This document shows, in pieces, positions 9,298 to 19,250 of a stretch of 64,000 bases of DNA. How positions within the stretch are numbered: position 1 is the stretch's first letter; each line of letters starts with the position of its first letter. The notes under the pieces are model-generated. The model saw nothing but the letters and a program-made list of their open reading frames with translations, searched no databases and was not told the origin of the DNA. Origin of the DNA: Candidatus Gottesmanbacteria bacterium RIFCSPHIGHO2_02_FULL_39_11 (GTDB lineage: Bacteria; Patescibacteriota; Microgenomatia; 2-02-FULL-39-11). The stretch is from positions 9,522-73,521 of the forward strand of contig MFJL01000014.1 in assembly GCA_001779195.1 (NCBI GenBank), read 5' to 3'. The translations under genes were made by a program, and so were the position numbers.

Positions 9298-10587
9298 TTA
9301 TTTTTTAGAATGTTTATTAGTAACTAACTTAAAGTTTATTTCCGATTTATAAAAGCTGTTATCCGGCACATCGGACTCCACAATTGCGCCTGAGGAAATA
9401 AACGAATTTTTTCCTATTTTTATCCCCGGCATAAGAGCGGCATGTACTCCGACTTTGCTCATCTGCCCTATAATAGATCCCAACTTTACTTTGCCGGTGT
9501 CCAATTTTTGTTTATTGACAGCAGAAGAAACTGACTTTTGGTCCAGTCTAAAATTAGCTGTTGTTGCCATAGCTCCCATACTGACATGATCTGAAATAAC
9601 ACTGTCTCCGACATAGTTATTATGAAAATAACAATTATTCCCGACAACACTTCTTGCCACTTCGCTTGCAAATCCAACAACACTTCCCTCTCCAATAATT
9701 GATTCACGAATTAGAGTATTATTTCCGACAATACAATTTTTCCCTATATACGTAGGACCAATAATAACTGCGTGATCTAAAACTCGTGAACCACTTTCAA
9801 TAATTACCGGACCTCGAATCGTTGCTGACTTTGCAATTTCGCGAGCTTTAATAGTTTGATTGGTAATTTTACTTAAAAAATAAGAGGAAAGAGTTAAAAC
9901 ATCCCATGGATATTTTACATGTCCCCAAAATCCTGTGTAGGAAAGAAAGGATATGTTAGCTTTTTTCCCGATCAAAATCCCAATTGCTTTTTCATATATA
10001 TCATCATTTTTAGATTCTGTGTTTTGCAAAATTTTCAAAAAATCAGACGTGTCTTTAAAATAATCAAAGATAAGACGCACGATATTGCTTCCTCTTTTTT
10101 CTCTTTCAGGTTTTTCAATAATCGAAACGACTTTATCATTTAGAACTTTAAGATACCCTCCCGGAAAATAGTCATTCAGATGTATTCCGGTAAGCATTCC
10201 ATCCTGTACTTTCGGCAAATAATTAACAAAGTCAGAAACTAGCGTGTCTTCAAAAACATCCGACGGTCCAACAATTAAAACCGGATTCCTTTCAATGTAT
10301 TTCTTTGCGGAAAGTACTGCCCCTGCCATGCCCCTCCGGTCTTCCTGCATTACCAGCGTAATTACAACACCGGGAAATTCAGATTTTAACAATTCAAATA
10401 ATGACTTGTTTCGTTCTGATACTACTACTATGATATTTTTAAATCCAAACCGTACTAACTGGGAAAGTGCATAATACGCAAGCGGCTTTCCCAAAAAAAT
10501 AAGAGAATGTTTATCCGAAAGCGGCCACAGGCGAGTAGAATCCCCTCCTGCTAAAAGTAAAACGGTAGGTAATGTATTCATGACCAT
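9298..10587 (-). CDS. Bifunctional sugar-1-phosphate nucleotidylyltransferase/acetyltransferase (archaeal-type GlmU-like)
   Basis: N-terminal LLAGGDSTRLWPL NTP-transferase domain and C-terminal hexapeptide repeats with NYVGDSVI, TANFRLD and KLGSIIG; between murA and glmS. Confidence 0.85.
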   Translation of the reverse strand: MVMNTLPTVLLLAGGDSTRLWPLSDKHSLIFLGKPLAYYALSQLVRFGFKNIIVVVSERNKSLFELLKSEFPGVVITLVMQEDRRGMAGAVLSAKKYIERNPVLIVGPSDVFEDTLVSDFVNYLPKVQDGMLTGIHLNDYFPGGYLKVLNDKVVSIIEKPEREKRGSNIVRLIFDYFKDTSDFLKILQNTESKNDDIYEKAIGILIGKKANISFLSYTGFWGHVKYPWDVLTLSSYFLSKITNQTIKAREIAKSATIRGPVIIESGSRVLDHAVIIGPTYIGKNCIVGNNTLIRESIIGEGSVVGFASEVARSVVGNNCYFHNNYVGDSVISDHVSMGAMATTANFRLDQKSVSSAVNKQKLDTGKVKLGSIIGQMSKVGVHAALMPGIKIGKNSFISSGAIVESDVPDNSFYKSEINFKLVTNKHSKK

Positions 10588-10590
10588 ATT

Positions 10591-11925
10591 TTACTCCTTT
10601 TTTCTGACAATTTTAGCTCCTAAACTCTGAAGTCTTCCCTCCAGATTTTCATATCCGCGGTCGATATGATCGATCCCATAGATAACACTCTCTCCCTGAG
10701 CTGTTAGTGCGGCAAGAACCAGAGTTGCTCCGGCGCGAAGATCGGAAACTTCCAAAACAGCATTGTGAAGTTTAGCAATACCTTTAACTTCGATAGCCTG
10801 ATGGTAATCTTTTCTTTTATCAGACCAGTTAAAATTATAAACCAGGGATGGGTTTGAAATTTTGGGAGAAAAAAAGTGAATATCCGCTCCCATTTTACGA
10901 AGCTCCTCAACATAAGAAAATCTATTTTCATACACAGTTTCATGAATGGTTGAAACTCCCCCGCAATAATTGGCAAGTATTGCCCATGGAGCCTGCCAAT
11001 CTGTCATAAAAGCGGGATATGCCCCGGTTGTAATATGAGTTGCTTTATACGGATATTTTGAAAAAAATCTGATTTTGTCTTTTTCAACTTCCTGCCAGGA
11101 AGCTCCGATTGCAGTTAATGCGTTTAAAAATGTGGTGAGATATTTTTTTTGAGCCCCGACAATCCTCACATCCCCTCCGGTTGATAGTGCAGCAATTGCG
11201 AATGTGACCACCTCATTCCGATCCGGCATAATTGAAAAATCAGCGCCCTGTAGTTCCGAAACTCCTTCAATCAGGATGGTTTTTTTCGCGGTCCGTTTTA
11301 TATGAGCACCCATCTGATTTAAAAGAGAAATAAGATCATCAATTTCAGGCTCTTCTGCTGCATTTTTTAAAATAGTTTTTCCCTTTGCAAGGACTCCTGC
11401 TAAAATAAGAGTTTCCGTACCGGTATGTGTATTGGATACAAAAGTGTAAGTAGTTCCTTTTAGCCCCCTGGGTGCATCTGCTTCAAAATATCCCTCCCTA
11501 TATGAAATTACCGCCCCCATCGCCTTAAGTCCGTCAATATGCCGGTCGATGGGACGTTTTCCGATGCGGCATCCCCCGGGATTGGGTACCCGCGCATGTC
11601 CCAACCGCGCAAGAAGAGGTCCCAGCACCATACTGGCGGAGCGGTATACCCCTCCAATCTCAAAGGGAACAATAAAATCTCTCATACCGTTTCCTTTTAG
11701 AGTCAACCGGTGAGTATATCTCTCTATGGAAACCTTAACCCCCAGTTTTTCAACGATCCGAGCGGTTCCGTAAACTGAGGAAATAAGGGGAATATTTGAA
11801 ACGGTAATATTTTTTTCAGTTAAAAGGCCACACAAAATAACTTTCATGGCCACATTTTTAGCACCGCTCACACAGACTTCTCCGTGAAGGGGATTTCCTC
11901 CGGTGATTACATATTTGTCCATCAT
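10591..11925 (-). CDS. murA: UDP-GlcNAc enolpyruvyl transferase
   Basis: Motifs SGAKN, PGGCRIGKRP (active-site Cys), NAAEEPE, DLRAGA and IDRGYE. Confidence 0.97.
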   Translation of the reverse strand: MMDKYVITGGNPLHGEVCVSGAKNVAMKVILCGLLTEKNITVSNIPLISSVYGTARIVEKLGVKVSIERYTHRLTLKGNGMRDFIVPFEIGGVYRSASMVLGPLLARLGHARVPNPGGCRIGKRPIDRHIDGLKAMGAVISYREGYFEADAPRGLKGTTYTFVSNTHTGTETLILAGVLAKGKTILKNAAEEPEIDDLISLLNQMGAHIKRTAKKTILIEGVSELQGADFSIMPDRNEVVTFAIAALSTGGDVRIVGAQKKYLTTFLNALTAIGASWQEVEKDKIRFFSKYPYKATHITTGAYPAFMTDWQAPWAILANYCGGVSTIHETVYENRFSYVEELRKMGADIHFFSPKISNPSLVYNFNWSDKRKDYHQAIEVKGIAKLHNAVLEVSDLRAGATLVLAALTAQGESVIYGIDHIDRGYENLEGRLQSLGAKIVRKKE

Positions 11926-11927
11926 AG

Positions 11928-12914
11928 TTAAGGAATTATCACAACCTCAGGCTTTAGCCGGACATGATACTTACTGTAGACCTTGCGGGTTATTAACTGT
12001 ATCAATTGTACCATATCAGAGGATTTAGTTTGGGGCTCAACTACAATAAAATTGGCATGGTCAGAAGAGACTGAAGCTCCTCCAATTTTCGTTCCCTTAA
12101 GACCCAGGGAATCAATAAGATATCCGGCTGATGTCGTATATTGGGGAGTCGGAATACGCATGGCATCGCTTTTTTTAATATTTTGAAATGTGCATCCGGC
12201 CGAGAGTACTCCCCACGGCTGAGTGGTCCTGCGGTACTCGGTTACTCGGTTTCCTATTTCCCAAAGATTTTCTTTCTCAGAAGAGGTAAGAGTAATGATA
12301 ACGGAAAGAAGTACGTCTCCGCTTTTTTGAATGATGGATCTGTCATAGTCGAATTTAAAATAGCCTGCTCCAACTGACTTTATTTCTCCTCTGAGGGTTA
12401 GTATTTTAGCAGATCTAATTAAGTCTCCGAAAAAGGTTCCCCATTTCATATTATGTGCGTTCATATAAACAGCCCCGCCTACACTTCCCGGTTGTCCTAA
12501 AAATGTTTCAAGACCGCCAAGCCCCTGATCCAGGGTAAAACGCACTAGACGGTTGACTCCGACTCCGCTGTCGATTTCAAGATATACCGTTTTTTGAGAA
12601 TCTAAAATATCCCGCGCTTTTTTAATTCCCGTCATACCGATCATACGGATATCCTTGGTTTCATTTCTGATAACCAGTCCCTCAATTCCTGCATCTCCTA
12701 TCAGTACATTTGTCCCTCCTCCTAAAATAGTCCACGGAATTCCGATTTTTTGTGCGGATTTGACTGCCTGTGTAAGCTCACCTTGATTTTTAGCACTTAA
12801 AAAAAACTCAGCCGGTCCCCCGATTCTTAAAGTGGTATAAGAAGAAAGAAGTTCGCTTCGCTTAACGGTATTCGGAGCAACTAATTGTACAAGCTGACTA
12901 TATAAATCTTTCAT
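11928..12914 (-). CDS. murB: UDP-N-acetylenolpyruvoylglucosamine reductase
   Basis: Motifs TTLRIGGPA, LGGGTNVL, PGSVGGAVYMNA, SAGCTFQN and HANFIV. Confidence 0.96.
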   Translation of the reverse strand: MKDLYSQLVQLVAPNTVKRSELLSSYTTLRIGGPAEFFLSAKNQGELTQAVKSAQKIGIPWTILGGGTNVLIGDAGIEGLVIRNETKDIRMIGMTGIKKARDILDSQKTVYLEIDSGVGVNRLVRFTLDQGLGGLETFLGQPGSVGGAVYMNAHNMKWGTFFGDLIRSAKILTLRGEIKSVGAGYFKFDYDRSIIQKSGDVLLSVIITLTSSEKENLWEIGNRVTEYRRTTQPWGVLSAGCTFQNIKKSDAMRIPTPQYTTSAGYLIDSLGLKGTKIGGASVSSDHANFIVVEPQTKSSDMVQLIQLITRKVYSKYHVRLKPEVVIIP

Positions 12915-14320
12915 GTTACCTGCACCCCTTTGTATATTTCATCCTGCCACGTGTTTATATCTCCGGCACCCATGGTAATAATAAGTTCTTTTTTTACCTC
13001 ATTATTTTTAATTCCCTTCACTGCATCTGTCGGACGGTTTACTAAATAGGCATTCTTACCATTTTTTACGAGCGCCGCAACAAGCATTTCAGAAGAAACA
13101 GATGTATCTTTTTCTTCCCGGGCAGATGCATAAATGGGGGCGATAAGTATTTTATCCGCCCAATCAAAAGACGTCAGAAACTGCTTAAAAAGTGATTTAG
13201 TACGTGAGTAAGTATGAGGTTGAAAAATGACAGTGATATAAAAATCCGGAAAAAACATGCGTGCCCCCGAGACGGTTGCCGCAATTTCAGTCGGATGATG
13301 AGCGTAATCATCATAGAATCTGAATTTACCCTTTTCTCTTATAAATTCAAAGCGTCTCCTGCTTCCTTTAAACTTTAAAATATTCTCAGATATTTCATCC
13401 CAGGAAAGTCCGACAGTACGACATACGAGACTTGCGGCTAATGAATTGAGGATATTATGCTTTCCCGTCAAATATGTTGATACCTGTGCTACTTTTGCGC
13501 CTGATTTTGTAATATCAAAAGTTGTTTTGCCTTTTTCAAATTTAAAACTACCCACTTGGTACATGGCATTTTTTGAAAATCCATAGGTAAGTATTTTCCC
13601 CTTATATTTTTTAAGGACTTTTAAAACCGAGTTATTATCGCAGCAGCCAATAAGAATTTTTTCACCTTTGAGGTTTTGCGTCAGTTTATAAAATGCATTT
13701 TCAATTTCGGAAACATCTGAATATGCGTCGGGATGATCATATTCAATATTGGTTATAACAAGTATTTCCGGATGCTGCCATAGAAAACGGGGAGTTGAGT
13801 CAAAGCCGGGAGATGTTATGTATTCATCCGCCTCTGCTATAAAATATTTTCCTCTCCCGTAATGTCCGGGTGCGGTAAGATCTAAAATATCTGAAGTACC
13901 AACAACATAGGAAGGATCACACCCCGCATGGGTTAGAATTGAAGCAACAAGTGCGCTTGTTGTTGTTTTTCCATGAGTTCCGGAAATCGAAATGCCGCAA
14001 TATTTTTTCATCTCTTCTCCTAAGGCCTGACCGTGCATAACAACCTTTAATCCTTTTTCTTTGGCTTCTTGCGCTTCACTATTTTTTATTCCTCCATGAG
14101 CACCTGTAACAACAACTAAATCATAATTTTTTGAAATATTCTTTTTGTCAAACCCCCTAACAACCGGAATATGAAATCGGGATAAGATCTTATCGGTGTG
14201 AAAAACGGCCTCGGTATCAGAACCCTTCACCGTGTACCCCTTTTCTTTAAAATAAATGGAAAGTGCCGTCATACCAACACCTTTAATGCCTACAAAATAA
14301 GCTGATTTTTTTTTCATCAT
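12911..14320 (-). CDS. murC: UDP-MurNAc--L-alanine ligase
   Basis: Motifs GIKGVGM, GTHGKTTTS, EADE, DDYAHHPTEI, FQPHTYSRT and MGAGDI. Confidence 0.97.
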   Translation of the reverse strand: MMKKKSAYFVGIKGVGMTALSIYFKEKGYTVKGSDTEAVFHTDKILSRFHIPVVRGFDKKNISKNYDLVVVTGAHGGIKNSEAQEAKEKGLKVVMHGQALGEEMKKYCGISISGTHGKTTTSALVASILTHAGCDPSYVVGTSDILDLTAPGHYGRGKYFIAEADEYITSPGFDSTPRFLWQHPEILVITNIEYDHPDAYSDVSEIENAFYKLTQNLKGEKILIGCCDNNSVLKVLKKYKGKILTYGFSKNAMYQVGSFKFEKGKTTFDITKSGAKVAQVSTYLTGKHNILNSLAASLVCRTVGLSWDEISENILKFKGSRRRFEFIREKGKFRFYDDYAHHPTEIAATVSGARMFFPDFYITVIFQPHTYSRTKSLFKQFLTSFDWADKILIAPIYASAREEKDTSVSSEMLVAALVKNGKNAYLVNRPTDAVKGIKNNEVKKELIITMGAGDINTWQDEIYKGVQVT

Positions 14321-14976
14321 ATAAAACCGATAATATTATTAAGGATATTTGGCTGTAATCCCTCCCGCCGGTAAGACCAAAGATTTTTGTTGGTATAGGT
14401 ACATATGGAAAGACAATCAATATTAGACCTGAGTAGTCTTTCATCTTTCATTTGTTTTAATGCAATACTTTCCAGGTTTAAAAACCATTTTCCTCCTCTT
14501 TCTTCTGAAATCTCATTTTTAAGAAATCCCAAGTGGCAAAAAATGGAAACTCTCTCCTGTGGAACATCATAGCAGCATATCCGTATATGAGGGCCGATTG
14601 CGGCATAAATATTTTGGGGGTGAGATCCTATTTTTTTCATCATTTGTATGGTACTCGTTACAATTTTTTTTGATAAGCCTTTCCAGCCCGCATGAACAGC
14701 ACCTGCTATTTTCAGTTTGGGATCATATAAAAATATCGGAATGCAGTCTGCGGTTTTAACACCGCTCCATCCTTTTCCTTTTAAGATAATTCCATCTGTG
14801 CCGTTTAACGGATTCGTTTTTGAGTTCTCTAAAACCACATTTCCTGAATGAATTTGCCTAAGATGGATAAAATTTGATTCGCTTCCTTTAATATTTAATG
14901 AGGAAAGAGATTCTCCTTTTGAGAGAAATGCGTGAAAAAACTCAGGAAATTTCTTAATAAGCTCAGATTGGATCAT
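14317..14976 (-). CDS. pgeF: PgeF/YfiH peptidoglycan editing factor (laccase-like purine nucleoside enzyme)
   Basis: Motifs QIHS, TADCIPI, HAGWKG, IGPHI..CCY and SYRR. Confidence 0.92.
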   Translation of the reverse strand: MIQSELIKKFPEFFHAFLSKGESLSSLNIKGSESNFIHLRQIHSGNVVLENSKTNPLNGTDGIILKGKGWSGVKTADCIPIFLYDPKLKIAGAVHAGWKGLSKKIVTSTIQMMKKIGSHPQNIYAAIGPHIRICCYDVPQERVSIFCHLGFLKNEISEERGGKWFLNLESIALKQMKDERLLRSNIDCLSICTYTNKNLWSYRREGLQPNILNNIIGFI

Positions 14977-16214
14977 ATTCTTTTTCCCAGCGCTTTTTGA
15001 ACCGTTTTTCTTTCATCCCAGCCGTATTCTTTAGTACCAAAGCACATGGACTTTTCATGTCCCTTTCCGCAGAAAAACACAATATCATCCGGTTTTGCCA
15101 GAGTATTAATGGTAAAATCAATCGCTTCGCTCCTGTCGGGAATTCTGAAAAAATAATTTATTTTTTTCGCACGCCTTCTTATTTTTGCACTTTTGCGCAA
15201 CTCCACCATACCTTTGCATGCGGCACCGTTTGCAATCTGACGGATAATTTCCTTAACATCCTCAGTCCTCGGATCCTCTGCCGTAAAGACAGCAAAATCG
15301 GAATAAGTTGCAGCAATCTCTCCCATCATGGATCTTTTTTCCGTATCCCGAAGACCGGCACACCCAAAAACTACAATAACTTTCCTCTTTGTTATATCCC
15401 GTGCGGTAAGCAAAACTTTTTTAAGCGCATCGGGTTTATGAGCAAAATCAATAACTATTTTAAATCCTCGCCGGTTGGGTACTTCCTCCATCCGTCCGGG
15501 GAGGGTAATAAAATTTTTAATTGCTTTTTCTATTGTTTTTACATCTATGCCGTACACTAAAGATACGGCTGCTCCCGCCAGTGCATTTTCTTCATTAAAC
15601 TCCCCTGGAAAGTTAAGCTTTATTTTTAATGTTGACGGATTTACTGACGCATTTTTGCTTTTTCCGAATGTTACTAACTTACCTTTTACTTTACTCTTAA
15701 GATACTGAAAGTTGCGATCATCATAATTTAGTATACTCACCCGGTTATTTTTCAAAATCTTTTCTTTTGCCTCCCTGTATTTTCCAAAAGTACGGTGATA
15801 ATCCAAATGCTCATGAGTAATATTGGTAATAACTCCTGCGTCAATTGGGATCCCCAAAGTGCGGTACTGATCCAAAGCATGAGAGGTAACTTCTAAAACT
15901 ACATACTCCGTTTGAAATTTGAGCGCTTTTTTCAGAAGTTTTTGCAGATGGTAAGAGGAGGGGGTAGTTACATGCAAACCGGTATCAATCGTTTCACCGT
16001 TAATAACGGCTGAAATGGTAGAAATGAGTGCAACTTTTTTTCCGGCAGATTTAAATATTTCATACACAAGGTGAGCAGTTGTTGTCTTCCCGGATGTCCC
16101 GGTAATTCCGATAATTTTTATCCGTTTAGCAGGAAACCCATACAAAACAACTGCCGCAACCGCCCGTATAAAATGTCCGGCGTTTTTAATTTTTCTTACT
16201 AGATATGATTCCAT
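14973..16214 (-). CDS. murE: MurE, UDP-MurNAc-dipeptide--diamino acid ligase
   Basis: Motifs GITGTSGKTTT, VTTP, EVTSHALDQ, HEHLDYH, DFAHKPD, EDPR and GKGHE; follows ftsI. Confidence 0.93.
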   Translation of the reverse strand: MESYLVRKIKNAGHFIRAVAAVVLYGFPAKRIKIIGITGTSGKTTTAHLVYEIFKSAGKKVALISTISAVINGETIDTGLHVTTPSSYHLQKLLKKALKFQTEYVVLEVTSHALDQYRTLGIPIDAGVITNITHEHLDYHRTFGKYREAKEKILKNNRVSILNYDDRNFQYLKSKVKGKLVTFGKSKNASVNPSTLKIKLNFPGEFNEENALAGAAVSLVYGIDVKTIEKAIKNFITLPGRMEEVPNRRGFKIVIDFAHKPDALKKVLLTARDITKRKVIVVFGCAGLRDTEKRSMMGEIAATYSDFAVFTAEDPRTEDVKEIIRQIANGAACKGMVELRKSAKIRRRAKKINYFFRIPDRSEAIDFTINTLAKPDDIVFFCGKGHEKSMCFGTKEYGWDERKTVQKALGKRI

Positions 16215-16224
16215 TTATCTTAGT

Positions 16225-16232
16225 ATTGTACC
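16225..16232 (-). promoter_or_regulatory. Putative -10 box (GGTACAAT), 10 nt before the murE ATG
   Basis: Seen in the ftsI-murE spacer; the same motif class precedes several other genes in the window. Confidence 0.45.
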
Positions 16233-16266
16233 TGAAAATGCAAAATTAGGCTATTTTGAGGAAAAC

Positions 16267-17955
16267 TCAGCCTCCCGAGCTGGGTGATATCCCATAGTAA
16301 GAAAAGAGCTCTTTGGCGATGTTAAAAAAAGTGGGAGCTGCAGTTTCGGACCCCCACTGGGACGTAGAGGGCTCGTTAATGGTGACAAGCATTATAAACT
16401 TCGGATTGTCAACCGGTGCAAACCCCACAAAAGAGGCAATTGTTTTAGTCGGATCATAATGTCCCGCGATGGGTATCTGAGCCGTACCCGTCTTTCCGGC
16501 AATATTAAACCCGGCTGGCTTAAGCCTATGTGCCTCTCCATCATCAACTGCATGCACCATTATCTGAGCAATTTTTGTTGCTGTCTCCTTTTTAAAAACA
16601 GTTCTTATAACGGTGGGCTTCATTTCAATTTCTCTTCCGTTTGAGAGTTTTATCTTTTTAACAAGATAGGGTTTGACCAGTTTTCCTCCGTTGGCAATCG
16701 AAGCAACCGCCCGAACCATCTGAAGAGGAGTTACGGCAATTCCCTGTCCAAATGAAGCAGTAGCAAAATCAATCTGACGCCACTCCCGACCGGAGCGAAT
16801 TGCCGGAGATGACTCATCCTGAAGATCGATATCCGTATTTTCTCCAAATCCAAGATTTTTTATATAGGAAAGAAGTTTTTCACCCCCCAATTTACTTTGA
16901 GCAAAAACCATACCTACATTTGAGGAGTGAACCAGGACATCTGTCATAGAGGTGTAAGGACCATTATACTGGTTATTCCACGTCCTTATGGTATATCCTC
17001 CTATGTTTACCGGTCCATCCTCGTTATAGGTAGTATCGGGTGTGAGTACTCCTTCATTTATCGCAGCTGCCATTACCAAAACCTTAAATGTAGATCCCGG
17101 CTCATAGGAAGACCCTACAACTGAATTGATATAAAACTCTGCAGGATAGTTACCATAATCTGTCGGATCATAAGAAGGATAGGAAACCATACCAAGTATA
17201 GCTCCCGTTTGCGGCTCCATAATAGTTACGGTCCCGCCTTTTGCCTGGTATTCTTCAATGCTTTCCTTAAGCTTTGCTTCAGCTATATATTGAACTGTTT
17301 TATCAATTGTTAAGTATAAATCCCGCCCGTCTTCACTGGGAAGTTCGCTCATTTTTTCAAGCAAAATGGGATTTCCTATAGCATCTTTTTCTTGCTTTAT
17401 CATTCCGTCCCTTCCCCTTAATTGTTCATCATAAAATCCTTCCAGCCCGAAATATCCCTGATCCAAACCTTTTGAATTCTTTCCTACAAATCCAATAATA
17501 TTGGCGGCCATGGATCCTTCGGGATAATACCTATTCGACTCCTCCAAAAACCCGAGTCCTGGTATGGTACTACTTTCTAATTTTTTTATTTTATCTTCGC
17601 TAATTTTGTTAACCAAGGGAGTCCAATTAGAAAGACTGTTACTGAGCTTTCCCGAAAGGGTGGACTCAGGAATTGTCAAAACACCTGATAGTGATTTTAT
17701 GAGATCTGTTTGGTTTTTAATTTTATCCTTTTCTACAAATACCATATACCCCTTGCGGTTCATCACAATGGCCGCTCCATCAGACGAAAAAATTCTTCCC
17801 CTTTTGGCATAAATTGAGCTCGCATGCACGGTTTGATCATCAGCAATTCCTTTTAATCTGTCAAAAGAGAGAATTTGCCAGTAGAAAAGCCGGGCGATAA
17901 CCGCCATAAATCCGAGAACAAAGACGATAAAAACGACGTAGATTCTTTTATGCAT
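16267..17955 (-). CDS. ftsI: Class B penicillin-binding protein (FtsI)
   Basis: N-terminal TM helix, RGRI, RYYPEG, GLEGFYD, EPGSTFK (SxxK), SSN (SxN) and KTGTAQ. Confidence 0.95.
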   Translation of the reverse strand: MHKRIYVVFIVFVLGFMAVIARLFYWQILSFDRLKGIADDQTVHASSIYAKRGRIFSSDGAAIVMNRKGYMVFVEKDKIKNQTDLIKSLSGVLTIPESTLSGKLSNSLSNWTPLVNKISEDKIKKLESSTIPGLGFLEESNRYYPEGSMAANIIGFVGKNSKGLDQGYFGLEGFYDEQLRGRDGMIKQEKDAIGNPILLEKMSELPSEDGRDLYLTIDKTVQYIAEAKLKESIEEYQAKGGTVTIMEPQTGAILGMVSYPSYDPTDYGNYPAEFYINSVVGSSYEPGSTFKVLVMAAAINEGVLTPDTTYNEDGPVNIGGYTIRTWNNQYNGPYTSMTDVLVHSSNVGMVFAQSKLGGEKLLSYIKNLGFGENTDIDLQDESSPAIRSGREWRQIDFATASFGQGIAVTPLQMVRAVASIANGGKLVKPYLVKKIKLSNGREIEMKPTVIRTVFKKETATKIAQIMVHAVDDGEAHRLKPAGFNIAGKTGTAQIPIAGHYDPTKTIASFVGFAPVDNPKFIMLVTINEPSTSQWGSETAAPTFFNIAKELFSYYGISPSSGG

Positions 17956-18290
17956 TATCGCGTTTTGTATGCAAGAGGGCTCTCCGTAGTTAATGTAACC
18001 AATTGTGTATTTGACAAAAAGCCGGATTCAGATGCTTTTTGCGATACCGAAGAAAGAGCTGAAAATGAGGCAATTTCCTGATCCAGGTCTACAATTTCGG
18101 CGCTGTATTTATTTATTTCCCTGTTTAAAAGAGTCAGTTTTTCTCCGCTGGTTGAGTCATGATTTAAAATAATAACCTGAAGTACAGAAAGACCGATAAT
18201 TAGACAAACCAGTATTGAATTTATTAAAATAAATTTTTTTCTCCCCAACGAAGCATTATTATGACGATAATACTGGGCAGTATATTCCAT
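17955..18290 (-). CDS. FtsL-like single-TM coiled-coil cell division protein
   Basis: 111 aa with a TM helix, a coiled coil and a 'QKASESGF' end; occupies the ftsL position between rsmH and ftsI. Confidence 0.65.
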   Translation of the reverse strand: MEYTAQYYRHNNASLGRKKFILINSILVCLIIGLSVLQVIILNHDSTSGEKLTLLNREINKYSAEIVDLDQEIASFSALSSVSQKASESGFLSNTQLVTLTTESPLAYKTR

Positions 18291-18319
18291 TTTAAATGTA
18301 AAGTGAAAAGCTGTTAGTC

Positions 18320-19222
18320 TTAAATTTTTTGGGCAACTCTCAGTTTTGCCGAGTGCGCTCTTTTATTTTGTTTTACCTCGTTATAATCAGCTTGTATCGG
18401 TCTTTTTGTAACAATTTCTAATCTTCCACCTTCCTCTTCTCTTTTAAAAAACCTTTTTACGATCCGATCCTCAAGTGAATGAAAGCTAATTACTGCAATT
18501 CTTCCGTTTGGATTTAACAGATTGATTGCATCACCTAATGCCTCTTTTAATGCTTCCAATTCTCCGTTTACCTCAATTCTTAGTGCCTGGAAAATCCGGG
18601 CAAGTGTGGCTGTTTTATTGGGATGTTCTTTTTTCAGTACGCTTTCAATAATTTCACTTAATTCCTTCGTCGTTCTAATTTCTGATTTTTTTATGGAACG
18701 GGCGCGAATAACAGCATCAGCAATTGCCCTAGAATTGAGTTCTTCAGCATTTTGTGCAAACAGTTCATATAATCTCTCACTTCTGTAATGATTTATAACA
18801 TCATAAGCAGTCGTTTTACCCTTTTTACTCATTCTCATGTCTAATTCCTCGTCCTTATGGAAACTAAATCCCCGTCCGGAAGAATCGATTTGAAAACTTG
18901 AAACTCCCAGATCAAATAAAATTCCATCAACTCTTTCAAATCCGTTTTCGCGAGCAATCTTTTCAATATTTCTAAAATTTCCTTCACAAATGATTAAGTT
19001 CCTGTTTATATTTTCTTCACGCGCTCTTTTTTTAACATACGTTATTGCTTCTTCATCCTGATCAATCCCAAGTACTTTTCCTCCTCTTTTTATAATTTCC
19101 AGACTGTGTCCGCCTCCTCCGAGTGTTGCATCTATATACTTCTTACCCGGCACAATGCTTAGTAAGTCCAAAACCTTAGTTAACAGAACCGGTGTATGAA
19201 ATGAATTTAGAATCATAGGCAT
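18320..19222 (-). CDS. rsmH: 16S rRNA m4C1402 methyltransferase
   Basis: Motifs HTPVLL, DATLGGGGHS, DLGVSSFQ, LDMRM, FHSLEDRIVK and SAKLR. Confidence 0.97.
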   Translation of the reverse strand: MPMILNSFHTPVLLTKVLDLLSIVPGKKYIDATLGGGGHSLEIIKRGGKVLGIDQDEEAITYVKKRAREENINRNLIICEGNFRNIEKIARENGFERVDGILFDLGVSSFQIDSSGRGFSFHKDEELDMRMSKKGKTTAYDVINHYRSERLYELFAQNAEELNSRAIADAVIRARSIKKSEIRTTKELSEIIESVLKKEHPNKTATLARIFQALRIEVNGELEALKEALGDAINLLNPNGRIAVISFHSLEDRIVKRFFKREEEGGRLEIVTKRPIQADYNEVKQNKRAHSAKLRVAQKI

Positions 19223-19250
19223 TGTGATTCTAAACCGTTATTAATTTTTA

